The notes under the pieces were generated by a model, which worked only from the letters and a program-made list of their open reading frames with translations, ran no database searches and had not been told where the DNA came from. From the sequence record SRR20825019_624: a DNA stretch of 64,000 nt; one strand, given 5' to 3'. Every line of letters starts with the position of its first letter. Positions within the stretch are counted from its first letter, which is position 1. Below, one piece after another: positions 35,984 to 45,858 of this stretch. Made by a program: the position numbers and the translations under genes.

Positions 35984-38803
35984 ATGTTTGACCATCCTGG
36001 CCAAGGTAAAAGCGAAGCACGCCGACAGCACCTATCTGCCGCGTTTGATATTGCGGCGCGCCTTATGGATGGAACCCAGGATTTGGCTGCTCTCTCGAAC
36101 GATCTTTCCGCGCGGGGTAAACGCTGTCTTGATGGCCGCCTTGGTGCCCTGTCGGCCCAGTGGACGACAATCTCGAAGCCAGAGAATGAAGCACGGCTCA
36201 ACGCCCTTGTGCGCCGTTTTGCCGAGGGTGAAGATGGCGAGCTTGTGCCGTTTGATACTTTTCGTGCCCAGCTTGAGGATGAGCTCGCGGGCATCGTGAT
36301 CACGGCGCACCCGACCTTCTCGCTTTCCGACACAGCATGGACATATGCGCGGTCCTACCTTGGTGCTGTATCGGGCGGACCGGATGCGGTGGCGGCAGCA
36401 ACCGCGAACCTTGAGGTGGGTACAGTACACCCGACCCGGTCGCCCACGCTGCATGAAGAGCTGGATTATGCCGGGCTCGCTGTTGGCAATATCCGCCGCG
36501 CTATTCGCCGCTTATACGGCATTGTGTTCCGTGTGGCGTCAGAACTGTATCCGGATGATTATAAAACTTTGCGCCCGCGCCTTGCCACAGTGGCAAGCTG
36601 GGTTGGTTTCGACCTTGATGGCCGTACGGATATCGACTGGTCGCTCGGGCTTTTGTTCCGTTATCGCTCAGCGCTTGCAGGGCTTGCGGAATGTGTTGGC
36701 CTTGCGGGCCAGACAGATTTTTCGGGCGAGGCGGGGCAATATTGGGCCACGATCCGCGCCGGGTTTGAAGATTTGCGCTCCTGCTTTGAAATGGGCATGC
36801 GCACATTGGAGGAACACCAGCGCGATGGTGGTAGCCTTGGCAAGCTGAACCAGCTGGCGGTCGAGAACCAGTCCCGCAAGGAAGCGGCGTCTGCTCGTAT
36901 TGGTGACGCGTTTGAAAAACTACTCGCGCTTGAGCTTGAAAAAGATGGCTGGTGCGCTGCCGCGACGCTTTATACGGAGTGGCGCTCTATCGGGCTTGGC
37001 CTCTCACACATCCATTTCCGGCTGAACGCAGCGCAGCTTCACAACGCCATCGGCCCTGAAATTCAGATGACCAAGTCGCCGGACCAGTCGGCGACCCGGC
37101 GGCATTTCCTGGCCGCCATCTCTGAGAAGCTTGATACGGTCAAGCCGCAAAGCATTCACTATGGCACACTGTCGCGCGAGAAAACCACGGCCAAGCGCGT
37201 GTTTATGACCGCAGCGCAGTTCATGAAACACTTTGACGCCGCAACGCGCATTCGCATGCTGGTGGCGGAATCGGACACACCTTTCACGCTCCTGACCGCG
37301 CTGTATTATGCCAAGCTGTTTGGTGTTGAGAACCATGTGGAAATCTCCCCGCTATTTGAAACCGCGATCGGGCTTGAGCGCGGTGACAGGGTGATCGCAG
37401 AACTGGTGGATAACCCTCATTTCCTTGAGTATATCAAAAAGCAGGGGCGCTTCTGCCTGCAGCTCGGCTTCTCAGACAGTGGTCGTTATATCGGCCAGCC
37501 TGCCGCCACGCTTGCCATTGAACGTTTCAAGCTTCGGGTCATTCGGCTGTGGAAAGCACGCGGACTTGGTGATGTGCAGCTACTGTTTTTCGACACCCAC
37601 GGCGAAAGCATCGGGCGGGGTGCTTATCCTGAAAGCCTCAAAAAGCGTTTCCTCTATACCCAGCCGCCGCGCGTGCGCCAGTGGCTGGCGGAACTTGAGC
37701 AGCCTGAGAAACACGAGGTCAGCTTCCAGGGCGGTGAAGGTTTCCTGTGGTTCCTCGCGGAAGATACGGCGCTTGCCACGCTCACGGATTTCCTCGAAGT
37801 GCGGTTTGATAAATATAATGCGGAGGATGACCCCTTTTATGAAGAAAAAGGTTGGTCGCTAGATTTCTTCCTTACTCTTGTTGAGTATCAGGAGCACCTC
37901 ACCGACCACAAAGGCTATGTGCGGCTGATTGACGGCATTGGCCGGAGCCTCCTGTACCCAACCGGCTCGCGCTCGCTTCGGCGTCAGGCAGGTGGCGCCA
38001 TGCACCAGCGGCTTGAGCGTATCTCCCAGATCAGGGCCATCCCGCACAATGCGGTGCTGCAACAGCTTGGTTATCTAGCCAACAGCTGCGCGGGCCTTGG
38101 CACAGCCATCGCACGCTCGCCTGACATGTTTGAGGCGCTGCATGCAAAATCGGCGCGCTTGCAGATGGTGACAAGCTTGGCGGTGAACGCACTCGCGCGC
38201 TCGGACGTGGGTGTGATTGAGGCGTATGCAAAGCTTCTAAGCCCCGGTTATTGGCTGGACCGGTCTGATGAGACACCGTCGGCTGAGCGGCGTGAGCAGT
38301 TGCGCCGCCTGTCCAAACTTCTCGAGAATCTGTTTGAGGCGGACGCAGTGGATGCCTGTATCCGCAAGATGCGCCGGGATGCTGGCACGCTCACAGACTG
38401 TGTGGACGATGACGCCATGATGGCAGCGTTTGATACGGTGGCGCCGGATGCAGAGCTGTTTGAGCTGCACCAGATACGGATTGGTCTCATCCAGTATATC
38501 TTCCTCAAGGCGATGGAAATTCCCCGCTTCAGTACGCGGTTTGATTTCTCGCTCGAGGAGCTTCTTGTTGAGCTGTTGCACCTTGAGGTGCCAGACACGG
38601 TGGCGCAGCTTCGGAAGATTTTCCCTGAAGCGCCATTTGAAAGCCATGACGAAGTATATGGTGAAGACACCACCTATGAGGGCGGTGCGTCTTCAGGTTA
38701 CGCCACAGCGCACCGGGAGATTTTCGACAAGCTTGAGGTTGCCTATGGCCTTGTGCTTGAGATCAGCGGCCTGATCGCGCTCAAAGCCGGTGCGTTTGGT
38801 TAA
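35984..38803 (+). CDS. ppc: Phosphoenolpyruvate carboxylase, divergent type
   Basis: ITAHPTF, SWVGFDLDGR, ISPLFET, QLGFSDSGR, GESIGRG, FQGGEG, IRAIPHN. ATG 35984 follows GAGGGA; the TTG at 35927 lies inside the operator. Confidence 0.82.
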   Translation: MFDHPGQGKSEARRQHLSAAFDIAARLMDGTQDLAALSNDLSARGKRCLDGRLGALSAQWTTISKPENEARLNALVRRFAEGEDGELVPFDTFRAQLEDELAGIVITAHPTFSLSDTAWTYARSYLGAVSGGPDAVAAATANLEVGTVHPTRSPTLHEELDYAGLAVGNIRRAIRRLYGIVFRVASELYPDDYKTLRPRLATVASWVGFDLDGRTDIDWSLGLLFRYRSALAGLAECVGLAGQTDFSGEAGQYWATIRAGFEDLRSCFEMGMRTLEEHQRDGGSLGKLNQLAVENQSRKEAASARIGDAFEKLLALELEKDGWCAAATLYTEWRSIGLGLSHIHFRLNAAQLHNAIGPEIQMTKSPDQSATRRHFLAAISEKLDTVKPQSIHYGTLSREKTTAKRVFMTAAQFMKHFDAATRIRMLVAESDTPFTLLTALYYAKLFGVENHVEISPLFETAIGLERGDRVIAELVDNPHFLEYIKKQGRFCLQLGFSDSGRYIGQPAATLAIERFKLRVIRLWKARGLGDVQLLFFDTHGESIGRGAYPESLKKRFLYTQPPRVRQWLAELEQPEKHEVSFQGGEGFLWFLAEDTALATLTDFLEVRFDKYNAEDDPFYEEKGWSLDFFLTLVEYQEHLTDHKGYVRLIDGIGRSLLYPTGSRSLRRQAGGAMHQRLERISQIRAIPHNAVLQQLGYLANSCAGLGTAIARSPDMFEALHAKSARLQMVTSLAVNALARSDVGVIEAYAKLLSPGYWLDRSDETPSAERREQLRRLSKLLENLFEADAVDACIRKMRRDAGTLTDCVDDDAMMAAFDTVAPDAELFELHQIRIGLIQYIFLKAMEIPRFSTRFDFSLEELLVELLHLEVPDTVAQLRKIFPEAPFESHDEVYGEDTTYEGGASSGYATAHREIFDKLEVAYGLVLEISGLIALKAGAFG

Positions 38804-38810
38804 AGTGGGA

Positions 38811-38839
38811 GCTTATCCCTGCGCGGTGCAGGGATAAGC
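38811..38839. terminator. Stem-loop between convergent ppc and GST genes
   Basis: GCTTATCCCTGC-GCGGT-GCAGGGATAAGC, a 12-bp perfect stem with no long U tract. Confidence 0.55.
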
Positions 38840-38846
38840 ATACCTG

Positions 38847-39551
38847 TTACGGTTTTATAAGGGCTTGAGCTTCTTCTAGGCTGATGTGACCTTGAAAAGC
38901 GCTGCTAACGGCGATATCGGTGCCTTCTTCGATCGCGTGCGCAAATTTGACTGCGGGGTCACCTTCCAGGCGTTCATATAGACGGTTGAGGGCGGGGTAA
39001 TCCTCTCGCGACGCTGCACTATGAAAATCAGCCCAGCGAGCAAGGCCCATGAAATAGGCGTCGGCGATTGTTGGATTAAGCCCTGCAAGCCATTGACGGC
39101 CGTTCAGTTTCCGCTGCAGGTCAGCATGGGCTTTTTGCACAAGTGTTTTGCCGTAAGCCGTTAGAACCGATTTTTCTGTCTCGCTCATCTCATGCTCCAG
39201 AGTGTGCCAAAGCGGGCTGAAGGCACCGAAGAAACTGGTGTTGAGAAAAGCAAGCATCTCATTCAGGGTATCTGTTTCGCGGCCCCCCCGAACAAAGCCT
39301 TTGCTGTACCCCGTGCTACGTGCACCGATGTGAGCCAGAATGGCGGCGCTTTCGTGAATGATGCGGCCGTCTTCTGTTATGTAGGACGGAGTTTCCGCCA
39401 CCGTGTTGATGCTTGAAAAGTCGTTCATAACGCTTCCATCCATCATCTCAATACGGCAAAGACGATAGGGTTTGCCGAGCCACTCAAGGGCCACGATTGA
39501 TCCAAAAGAACAGCCTTCAGGCACGCCATAGAAAAGTACTGGTGTCATCAT
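38847..39551 (-). CDS. Glutathione S-transferase family protein
   Basis: LFYGVPEGCSFG, ETPSY.TEDG..IHESAAIL.HI, PTIADAYFM. Confidence 0.87.
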   Translation of the reverse strand: MMTPVLFYGVPEGCSFGSIVALEWLGKPYRLCRIEMMDGSVMNDFSSINTVAETPSYITEDGRIIHESAAILAHIGARSTGYSKGFVRGGRETDTLNEMLAFLNTSFFGAFSPLWHTLEHEMSETEKSVLTAYGKTLVQKAHADLQRKLNGRQWLAGLNPTIADAYFMGLARWADFHSAASREDYPALNRLYERLEGDPAVKFAHAIEEGTDIAVSSAFQGHISLEEAQALIKP

Positions 39552-39670
39552 ATCCTCATTGTTTTGTTGACCAAAGTTACTGTGTCAACAATATCTATAT
39601 GTAGACGATGATCTGATAGACCTCTATATTTCCTCTTAAAGTCTGCATATGAAGACGATGAGAGAAAGCT

Positions 39671-40594
39671 ATGTTGCATTTGAATGACCTGTATTATTTT
39701 GTGCGCGCGGTCGAACACGGGGGGTTTGCGCCTGCGGGACGGAAACTTAACCTTCCCAAATCCACGATCAGCAAGCGGGTTGCGGCCCTCGAGACCCGCC
39801 TTGGCACCCGCCTTATCCAGCGCACGTCGCGGAGCTTCAGCCTGACAGATGTGGGCCGAGCTTATTTCGAGCACGCCCGCGCGGCGTTGATCGAGGCGGA
39901 AAGTGCAGAGATTGCGGTGCGAAGCCGGACCAGCGCCCCGAGCGGGATGGTGCGGATGACCTCATCAATGCCGACCGCACAGTTTTATCTCGCCGAGCAG
40001 CTTCCCGCGTTGGCGTTTGCATATCCAGCGCTTCATGTGGTGCTGCACGCGAGCGACCGTATGGTGGACATCGTGCAGGAAGGATTTGATATCGCGGTGC
40101 GCAGCCACTTTGAGCCGTTACCAAGCTCTGGCCTAATACAGCGCAAAGTGTCTACAGAGCCGATTGTGTTGGTGGCTGCTCCGTCCTATCTGGAGCATAC
40201 TGGTATGCCTACTACGCCCGATGATCTGGCACAGCATCACGCGATTATGTCCTCTGTGTCTGCCACTACCCTCAAACTTTGTCGGGTCGGTGGCGGGGAT
40301 CATGTACAGGTTTCACCTATCCCACGATTTTCTGCAGACGAATCCCTGGTGCTTCTGGAGGCTGCGGCAGCGGGGCTAGGGTTTACGAGCCTTCCATGGT
40401 CGTTCTGCCATGGGATGGTGAAAGATCGAAGGCTTCAGGTCATATTACCAGACTGGCATGCGGGCGAGGTCACTACGACTCTGCTCTTGCCACCACTGCG
40501 AAGCGAACTGCCGAGCGTACGTGTTGTTGTGGAATTTCTGGTGGAAAAGCTAGGGGCCAAAAATGCTGTGGCCGCTTCATTGCCTGCGAGATAG
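39671..40594 (+). CDS. LysR-family regulator (CrgA/DmlR-like)
   Basis: LNDLYYFV..VEHGGF..A, SKRVA.LE.RLG.RL.QRTSR...LT; DIVQEGFDIAVR; divergent from the GST gene. Confidence 0.92.
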   Translation: MLHLNDLYYFVRAVEHGGFAPAGRKLNLPKSTISKRVAALETRLGTRLIQRTSRSFSLTDVGRAYFEHARAALIEAESAEIAVRSRTSAPSGMVRMTSSMPTAQFYLAEQLPALAFAYPALHVVLHASDRMVDIVQEGFDIAVRSHFEPLPSSGLIQRKVSTEPIVLVAAPSYLEHTGMPTTPDDLAQHHAIMSSVSATTLKLCRVGGGDHVQVSPIPRFSADESLVLLEAAAAGLGFTSLPWSFCHGMVKDRRLQVILPDWHAGEVTTTLLLPPLRSELPSVRVVVEFLVEKLGAKNAVAASLPAR

Positions 40595-40674
40595 TGCCGG
40601 GGCTACCGGAGCGTGTGAAGCGCAGATGCTATCACGTTTGATTTTACCTGAAGCAAGATTTCGCCGTGGCTCCG

Positions 40675-41709
40675 TCAGCTCACAGTCTGGTCCGTTGAGG
40701 CGCGGGGGATCAGTTCCGGCACAAATTCGCTTTTTGCTTTTGCATGCTCTTCGCCCACGGCTTGCGGCCGCAGCTCCGCCACCAGCAGCATCATCGCCTG
40801 TTTGGCAATATCGCCGATCGATTGCGCGGCAGTGGTAAGCGGTGGCTGTGCATGTTTGGAGAAGGGGCTGTTCTCAAACCCTGCTATCGCCACATCACCG
40901 GGCACATTGAGGCCTAGTGACTTGGCTGCGGTCAAAGCGCCCGCAGCGATTTCATCGTTACAGCCAAAGATCGCGCTTGGCGGGTTTTTGGAAGCCAGAA
41001 GTTTGGTGGCACGCTGGAAACCGCTATCAAAGCTATAACGGCCTTCAAGTGCCAGAGCGCTATCGACGTTGATGCCGTGCTCTTCAAGCGCGGTGCGGTA
41101 GCCTGCGTAACGCTCACCGCTTGAGTGGTGTTCTTCTTCCCCCCACAAAAAGGCGATGCGTTTGTGGCCCTTCTCAATGAGATGCTCAGTAACCGAGTGC
41201 GCCGCAGCCCGGTCGTTCACATACACACAGGGTGTGGCACCGCCGGGTGGCGAGGAGGCAGAGATGATCCGCACCAGATGCACGCCGCGCGCATGCAGTG
41301 CTTCGATAACGGCGTCATCCTCTGAAATAGGGGGAGCAATCACAAGGCCCGCAAGGCGCGAGGTAAGCGCGAGATCAGACAGCTCCTCAACGATATTGCC
41401 GGTTTTGGCATTGCAGGGGTGAATTTGCAGGCTGTAGCCCAGTTCGCGGCACGCTTGCAGCACACCTTCCTGCACATCAACCACATAATAGGGGTTAGGG
41501 TTATCGTAGACGAGGCCAATGGCGTATGATTTGTTGCCGCGCAGGTTACGAGCCGACATATCCGGCTGGTAGCGAAGGTCGCTGATGACGGCCTGCACTT
41601 TCTTGCGTGTGGCGTCCTTGACCGTAGGCTCATTGTTGATCACTCGGGAAACGGTCTTGAGCGAAACTTCAGCGACCCGCGCAACGTCCTTGATGGTGGC
41701 TTTTGACAA
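40675..41709 (-). CDS. nagR: LacI-family regulator of GlcNAc utilisation (NagR-like)
   Basis: TIKDVARVAEVSLKTVSRVIN, ARNLRG, GLVYDNPNPYY, AGFENSPFS; TTG start; divergent from the nag uptake operon. Confidence 0.8.
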   Translation of the reverse strand: MSKATIKDVARVAEVSLKTVSRVINNEPTVKDATRKKVQAVISDLRYQPDMSARNLRGNKSYAIGLVYDNPNPYYVVDVQEGVLQACRELGYSLQIHPCNAKTGNIVEELSDLALTSRLAGLVIAPPISEDDAVIEALHARGVHLVRIISASSPPGGATPCVYVNDRAAAHSVTEHLIEKGHKRIAFLWGEEEHHSSGERYAGYRTALEEHGINVDSALALEGRYSFDSGFQRATKLLASKNPPSAIFGCNDEIAAGALTAAKSLGLNVPGDVAIAGFENSPFSKHAQPPLTTAAQSIGDIAKQAMMLLVAELRPQAVGEEHAKAKSEFVPELIPRASTDQTVS

Positions 41710-41829
41710 TGAGAAGCACCCTATCTGTATAGCGCCGAGTTTCGGCTGCTGAGATTACCTGATCAGGCTTTGTTTGCCCGATTCTCCCTTGAAAATATCC
41801 TGAACTCTTTATGGCCCGCGCCCGGCGGA

Positions 41830-41968
41830 CAGTCAACGTTGTCATGTTGACCAACTCGTCAGGAATTTAGGATTTCATCTGATTTTCAATCACTTAATGG
41901 TGATAACGATGTCATAAAAAATGACAACGTGAACATTTTTTGAACTTTTTGTTGGACAACGTTGTCAT
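41830..41968. promoter_or_regulatory. Four NagR-type operators (consensus ATGACAACGTTGTCAT)
   Basis: CAGTCAACGTTGTCAT 41830-41845, GTGATAACGATGTCAT 41900-41915, ATGACAACGTGAACAT 41921-41936, TGGACAACGTTGTCAT 41953-41968. Confidence 0.78.
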
Positions 41969-41990
41969 TTTTGGTCTTACTCATAATAGT

Positions 41991-42073
41991 TCTCTGTGGC
42001 GTTTCCAGGGCCGGAAGCCGTGCTTCCACCCCGCCCTTCCGGGGGTGGAAGTATGGACCGCCCGACACAGAGA
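41991..42073 (+). other. Structured leader (three-way junction) upstream of the nagK-like gene
   Basis: TCTCTGTG/CACAGAGA closing stem; inner TTCC/GGAA hairpin; 15-bp hairpin at 42018-42056. Confidence 0.45.
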
Positions 42074-42176
42074 CGGGGACCTAAACTGAACAGCGTGTTG
42101 TTCTTATGAGCCTGGGGAGGGTTTGTGTTTGAGTATCTGTTTAAATATATCCGACGCGGATGCATGGAGGTGGGGC

Positions 42177-43181
42177 ATGGCTGACACAGCTCCTGTTATT
42201 GCTGCGGATATTGGTGGCACCCACTCCAGGCTCAGCCTCATCTCGCGGTCCGACCGTACGGCGCGGCCGCTCAGTGTCTGCAAATATCACAAATTCAGGA
42301 ATGCCGATTTTGACGGCCTGACTTCAATCCTTGACACTTTCCTCGGTGACATGGATTGCAGCCAGATCCGCGGTGCGGCGATCGCAAGTGCCGGTTATTT
42401 CATGGGCGACGACCTGATCGCCGGTAACCTGCCGTGGCGGGTATCGCTTGCGGACATTCGCCAGCGCCTCGGCCTGAATGAGATTTGCGCGATCAATGAT
42501 TTTGTCGCGGTGGCATATGGCACCCTTTATCTCAACCCGGCCGACGTGGTGGTGATGAACCGCCGTGCTGTTCGCCCGGAGCAAGGCGCCGTTGCAGTGC
42601 TGGGGCCGGGCACCGGGCTTGGTGCCTCGGTATTGCTACAGGGTCACGCTGGCCCGGTGGCGCTGAATACAGAAGCAGGGCAGGCGGGCCTGAGCCCGGA
42701 GACAGACCTTGAGCTTGAAATTTTCAAGTATCTCCGCGCCAAATATGGTTTCGCGAATGTGGAGCATGTGCTCTCAGGTCCCGGCCTTCTTAATCTTTAT
42801 AACGCACTGGCCGAGATCAATGACCGGACGGTGACGCTCAATAGCCCGGAAGCTATTTCCGAAGCCGCAGTTGCGGGCACGGACAAGCCTGCGGTTGAGG
42901 CTCTTTCGCTGTTTTGCGAGATGTTGGGCAGTGCATCTGGAAACTTTGCGCTGAGTTACGGCGCGCGCGGCGGGCTTTATCTCGCCGGTGGCATTCTGCC
43001 AAAAATTCGGAATTTCCTCATTGAGAGCCGGTTTATGGACCGCTTCACTGCAAAAGGGGACATGCGTCCCTTTTTGGAAGCGATCCCGGTCAATCTCATT
43101 GAGCATGGTCAGTTGGGCGTGATTGGCGCCGCTGGCTGGTACATGGATTCGCTAAGTACATCATACGCCAATGGGCGTTGA
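42177..43181 (+). CDS. nagK: Glucokinase-family sugar kinase, probable GlcNAc kinase (NagK-II type)
   Basis: IAADIGGTHSR, INDFVAVA, GPGTGLGA, TEAGQ, GGLYLAGGILPK; first gene of the NagR-boxed operon. Confidence 0.72.
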   Translation: MADTAPVIAADIGGTHSRLSLISRSDRTARPLSVCKYHKFRNADFDGLTSILDTFLGDMDCSQIRGAAIASAGYFMGDDLIAGNLPWRVSLADIRQRLGLNEICAINDFVAVAYGTLYLNPADVVVMNRRAVRPEQGAVAVLGPGTGLGASVLLQGHAGPVALNTEAGQAGLSPETDLELEIFKYLRAKYGFANVEHVLSGPGLLNLYNALAEINDRTVTLNSPEAISEAAVAGTDKPAVEALSLFCEMLGSASGNFALSYGARGGLYLAGGILPKIRNFLIESRFMDRFTAKGDMRPFLEAIPVNLIEHGQLGVIGAAGWYMDSLSTSYANGR

Positions 43182-43278
43182 TGGTTTGGTGATGTGGGTA
43201 GTCAAGAAGTGAAGAAATTGTGACGGATGCCAAATTGGGAGTGGTGCCGTCCGATAAAGTGGGAACCAGGAGGAAAAC

Positions 43279-45846
43279 ATGCGATTAAGCAAGAAGACAT
43301 TCTATCAGTCAGTCAGCGCGTTGGCTATTCTTGGCAGTGCCACAGCGGCATATGCTCAGGATGGTGCGGCAGCTGAAAGTTCGTTTGAAGAGTTGGACGA
43401 AATTGTTGTGACCGGTATCCGTGGCTCGCTCAAGCAAAGCCTTGCGGTAAAACGGAACAGCACAGCACTCGTTGATGCGATTTCAGCGGAAGATATCGGT
43501 AAATTCCCTGATAAAAACGTCGCTGAATCACTACAGCGCGTTCCGGGTGTTACCATCCAGCGCCAGTTTGGCGAGGGTGCCGCGGTATCGATCCGTGGTG
43601 CTGGTAACGAGCTGACGCTCACGACACTGAACGGCCAGAACGTGGCTTCCACCGGTTGGTTCGTGCTTGAGCCTGCGAAGCGGAGCTTCAACTACGAGCT
43701 GCTGCCATCAGAACTTGTGGGCAACATCGAAGTTTACAAAAGTGCGCAGGCTGATCTGGCTGAAGGCGGCATCGGTGGTACGGTTGTTATCAACACCCGC
43801 AAGCCGCTTGATATGGATTCACTCAGCATCTATGGCTCGGTTGAAGGCCAGCACCAGAATGACAGCGACAAGATCGATCCTCAGTTCTCCGGCCTGATGA
43901 GCTGGAAAAACGAAGCTGAGAACTTCGGTGTTCTCGTATCCGGCGTTTACCAACGTCGTCATCTGCAGCGCCAAGGTAACGAAGCGTTCTGGGAGTGGGG
44001 TGCAGGCCCGGTTGCGTTTGTGCAGGACCGCAAGCGTTCCGCCATTACGGCCACCATGCAATACCAGCCGTCTGAAAACCTGAATATCGTGGCCAACTAT
44101 ATGGACATGAAAATGCGGGCAGACAACACCAACTATGCACTGTGGCTGACGCAAGGCAACACGTCCTGGTCTGGTGTTGATGTACCCGAAAGCGACATGC
44201 TGAACGGCACGCCAGTTCGCGGTCCTATCGCTTTGGCTTACTATCAGGCACGTCCGCGTGAAGCGACCATGAACTCCAGCGTTTATGACCTGACGTTTGA
44301 GTATGCCGGTGACGGTTATCGCCTTGATGTACAGGGTGGACACACCACATCTACAGGCGGCACCGACTTTGAGATGGTTGTTGATGACGGTTCAGGCGGC
44401 GCGGCTGTTCCTGGCGGCACCTACGACTTCACCGGCGGTGGCCAGACATGGGATACTAACGGGTTTGATATTTCAACCTATGACCCAGGCTCACTGGCTA
44501 TGGGCACCGGCCCGAACTTCAACCGGACACCAAAGACTGACAAAGAAAGCTATCTGCAGGCTGACCTTGAAGTTGATGTAGACTACGGCCTTATTCATAC
44601 GCTGAAAGGTGGCCTCAAGTACGCTGATCACAATTCCACAAGCCGCCGGTTTGAGTATGTGCAGGCAGCGGGCTTCAACCCGGTGATTTCCACCAGCGGG
44701 ATCATGGGTGAGACGCTTGATATTGGCGCTGGTGATTATCAGATGCTTCAGGCAGACGCCGATGCCCTGAAAGAGTGGGCGAAAGCCAGCATCACCGGTG
44801 AAAACGAAGATCTCGGCTCTTATAGCGAGATCGACGAGAAAAACCTTTCAGCTTACCTGATGGCAGAGTTTGAAGGTGATGGCTTCCGCGGTAATGTTGG
44901 TGTGCGTTACGCTCACACAGATGCAACATCCACCTACTATCTTGATGGTGTTCAAACTGAAGCGGACGCAAGCTACTCAGAAATCCTGCCAAGCTTCAAC
45001 CTTGCCATTGATCTCGCAGATGATGTCATCCTGCGTGGTTCTGCGGCACGGGTAATGGCACGTCCACAATATGTGGACATGTACGTTAACCCGAACGTTA
45101 CAGGTAGTAATGACGACCTGCCAAACAACCAGTTCTGGATTGTTGGTAACGTCGGCCTGAAACCATTTGTTGCTAACCAGTTTGATATTGGCCTTGAGTG
45201 GTATTTTGCTGAAGGGTCGCTGTTCTCAGTTGGTGTGTTCATGAAAGACGTGAAGAACTTCGTGAACTTCACCGAGTATCATGCAAACGCGGGCGAGATT
45301 CCGTTTGACCTGCCACAAGACGACGAGCGTGCTGCTGGTTGGACCGTGCAGGAAAAAATCAACGGTAAAGCGGCAAGCATCAAGGGTTTTGAAGCTCAGT
45401 TCCAGCAAGACTTCGGTAACGGTTTTGGCGCAATTGCCAACTATACCTTCACCGATACTTCAACGGACGAGGACACCTTTGTTGACGGTAACCCGTACCT
45501 CAGCGATAGCTCGAAGCATTCCTATAATGTGGCAGGCTATTATGAGAACGAAGTGTTCCAGGCTCGTGTTGCCTACAACTGGCGCTCCAGCTACATGCTG
45601 CGCGAAAGCGGTTCATACGGCAACCGTCTGCACGAGCCATTCGGCAGCCTCGATATGAGCGCTTCCTGGTTTGTTACACCGCAGATTTCGGTCAATCTCG
45701 ATGTGAACAACCTTCTTGAGGATCGCTCCAAGCAGTTTGGTAACAACGTGCAAGACACGCCTAACAGCGGCTTCACGGGTGGCTTCCCGCTCTATGAGTT
45801 TGAGATGGCTCGCCGCATCACGCTGGGTGTGAGCTTCAAGCTCTAA
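43279..45846 (+). CDS. TonB-dependent receptor, probable chito-oligosaccharide/GlcNAc uptake
   Basis: Signal peptide; TonB box DEIVVTGIR; plug DAISAEDIGKFPDKNVAESLQRVPGV; IEVYKS...EGGIGG; C-terminal beta-strand RRITLGVSFKL; AGGAGG SD. Confidence 0.95.
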   Translation: MRLSKKTFYQSVSALAILGSATAAYAQDGAAAESSFEELDEIVVTGIRGSLKQSLAVKRNSTALVDAISAEDIGKFPDKNVAESLQRVPGVTIQRQFGEGAAVSIRGAGNELTLTTLNGQNVASTGWFVLEPAKRSFNYELLPSELVGNIEVYKSAQADLAEGGIGGTVVINTRKPLDMDSLSIYGSVEGQHQNDSDKIDPQFSGLMSWKNEAENFGVLVSGVYQRRHLQRQGNEAFWEWGAGPVAFVQDRKRSAITATMQYQPSENLNIVANYMDMKMRADNTNYALWLTQGNTSWSGVDVPESDMLNGTPVRGPIALAYYQARPREATMNSSVYDLTFEYAGDGYRLDVQGGHTTSTGGTDFEMVVDDGSGGAAVPGGTYDFTGGGQTWDTNGFDISTYDPGSLAMGTGPNFNRTPKTDKESYLQADLEVDVDYGLIHTLKGGLKYADHNSTSRRFEYVQAAGFNPVISTSGIMGETLDIGAGDYQMLQADADALKEWAKASITGENEDLGSYSEIDEKNLSAYLMAEFEGDGFRGNVGVRYAHTDATSTYYLDGVQTEADASYSEILPSFNLAIDLADDVILRGSAARVMARPQYVDMYVNPNVTGSNDDLPNNQFWIVGNVGLKPFVANQFDIGLEWYFAEGSLFSVGVFMKDVKNFVNFTEYHANAGEIPFDLPQDDERAAGWTVQEKINGKAASIKGFEAQFQQDFGNGFGAIANYTFTDTSTDEDTFVDGNPYLSDSSKHSYNVAGYYENEVFQARVAYNWRSSYMLRESGSYGNRLHEPFGSLDMSASWFVTPQISVNLDVNNLLEDRSKQFGNNVQDTPNSGFTGGFPLYEFEMARRITLGVSFKL

Positions 45847-45858
45847 TATCAAGTCGAA

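Noticed and set aside
35596-36333. 245-aa minus-strand ORF overlapping the ppc start
   Set aside because: It overlaps ppc, its operator and the 54-aa plus-strand ORF; the sequence is low-complexity with no family motifs.
38847-40594. GST-LysR pair as a mobile element
   Set aside because: Codon usage looks slightly different by eye, but I saw no integrase, transposase, terminal repeats or tRNA target.
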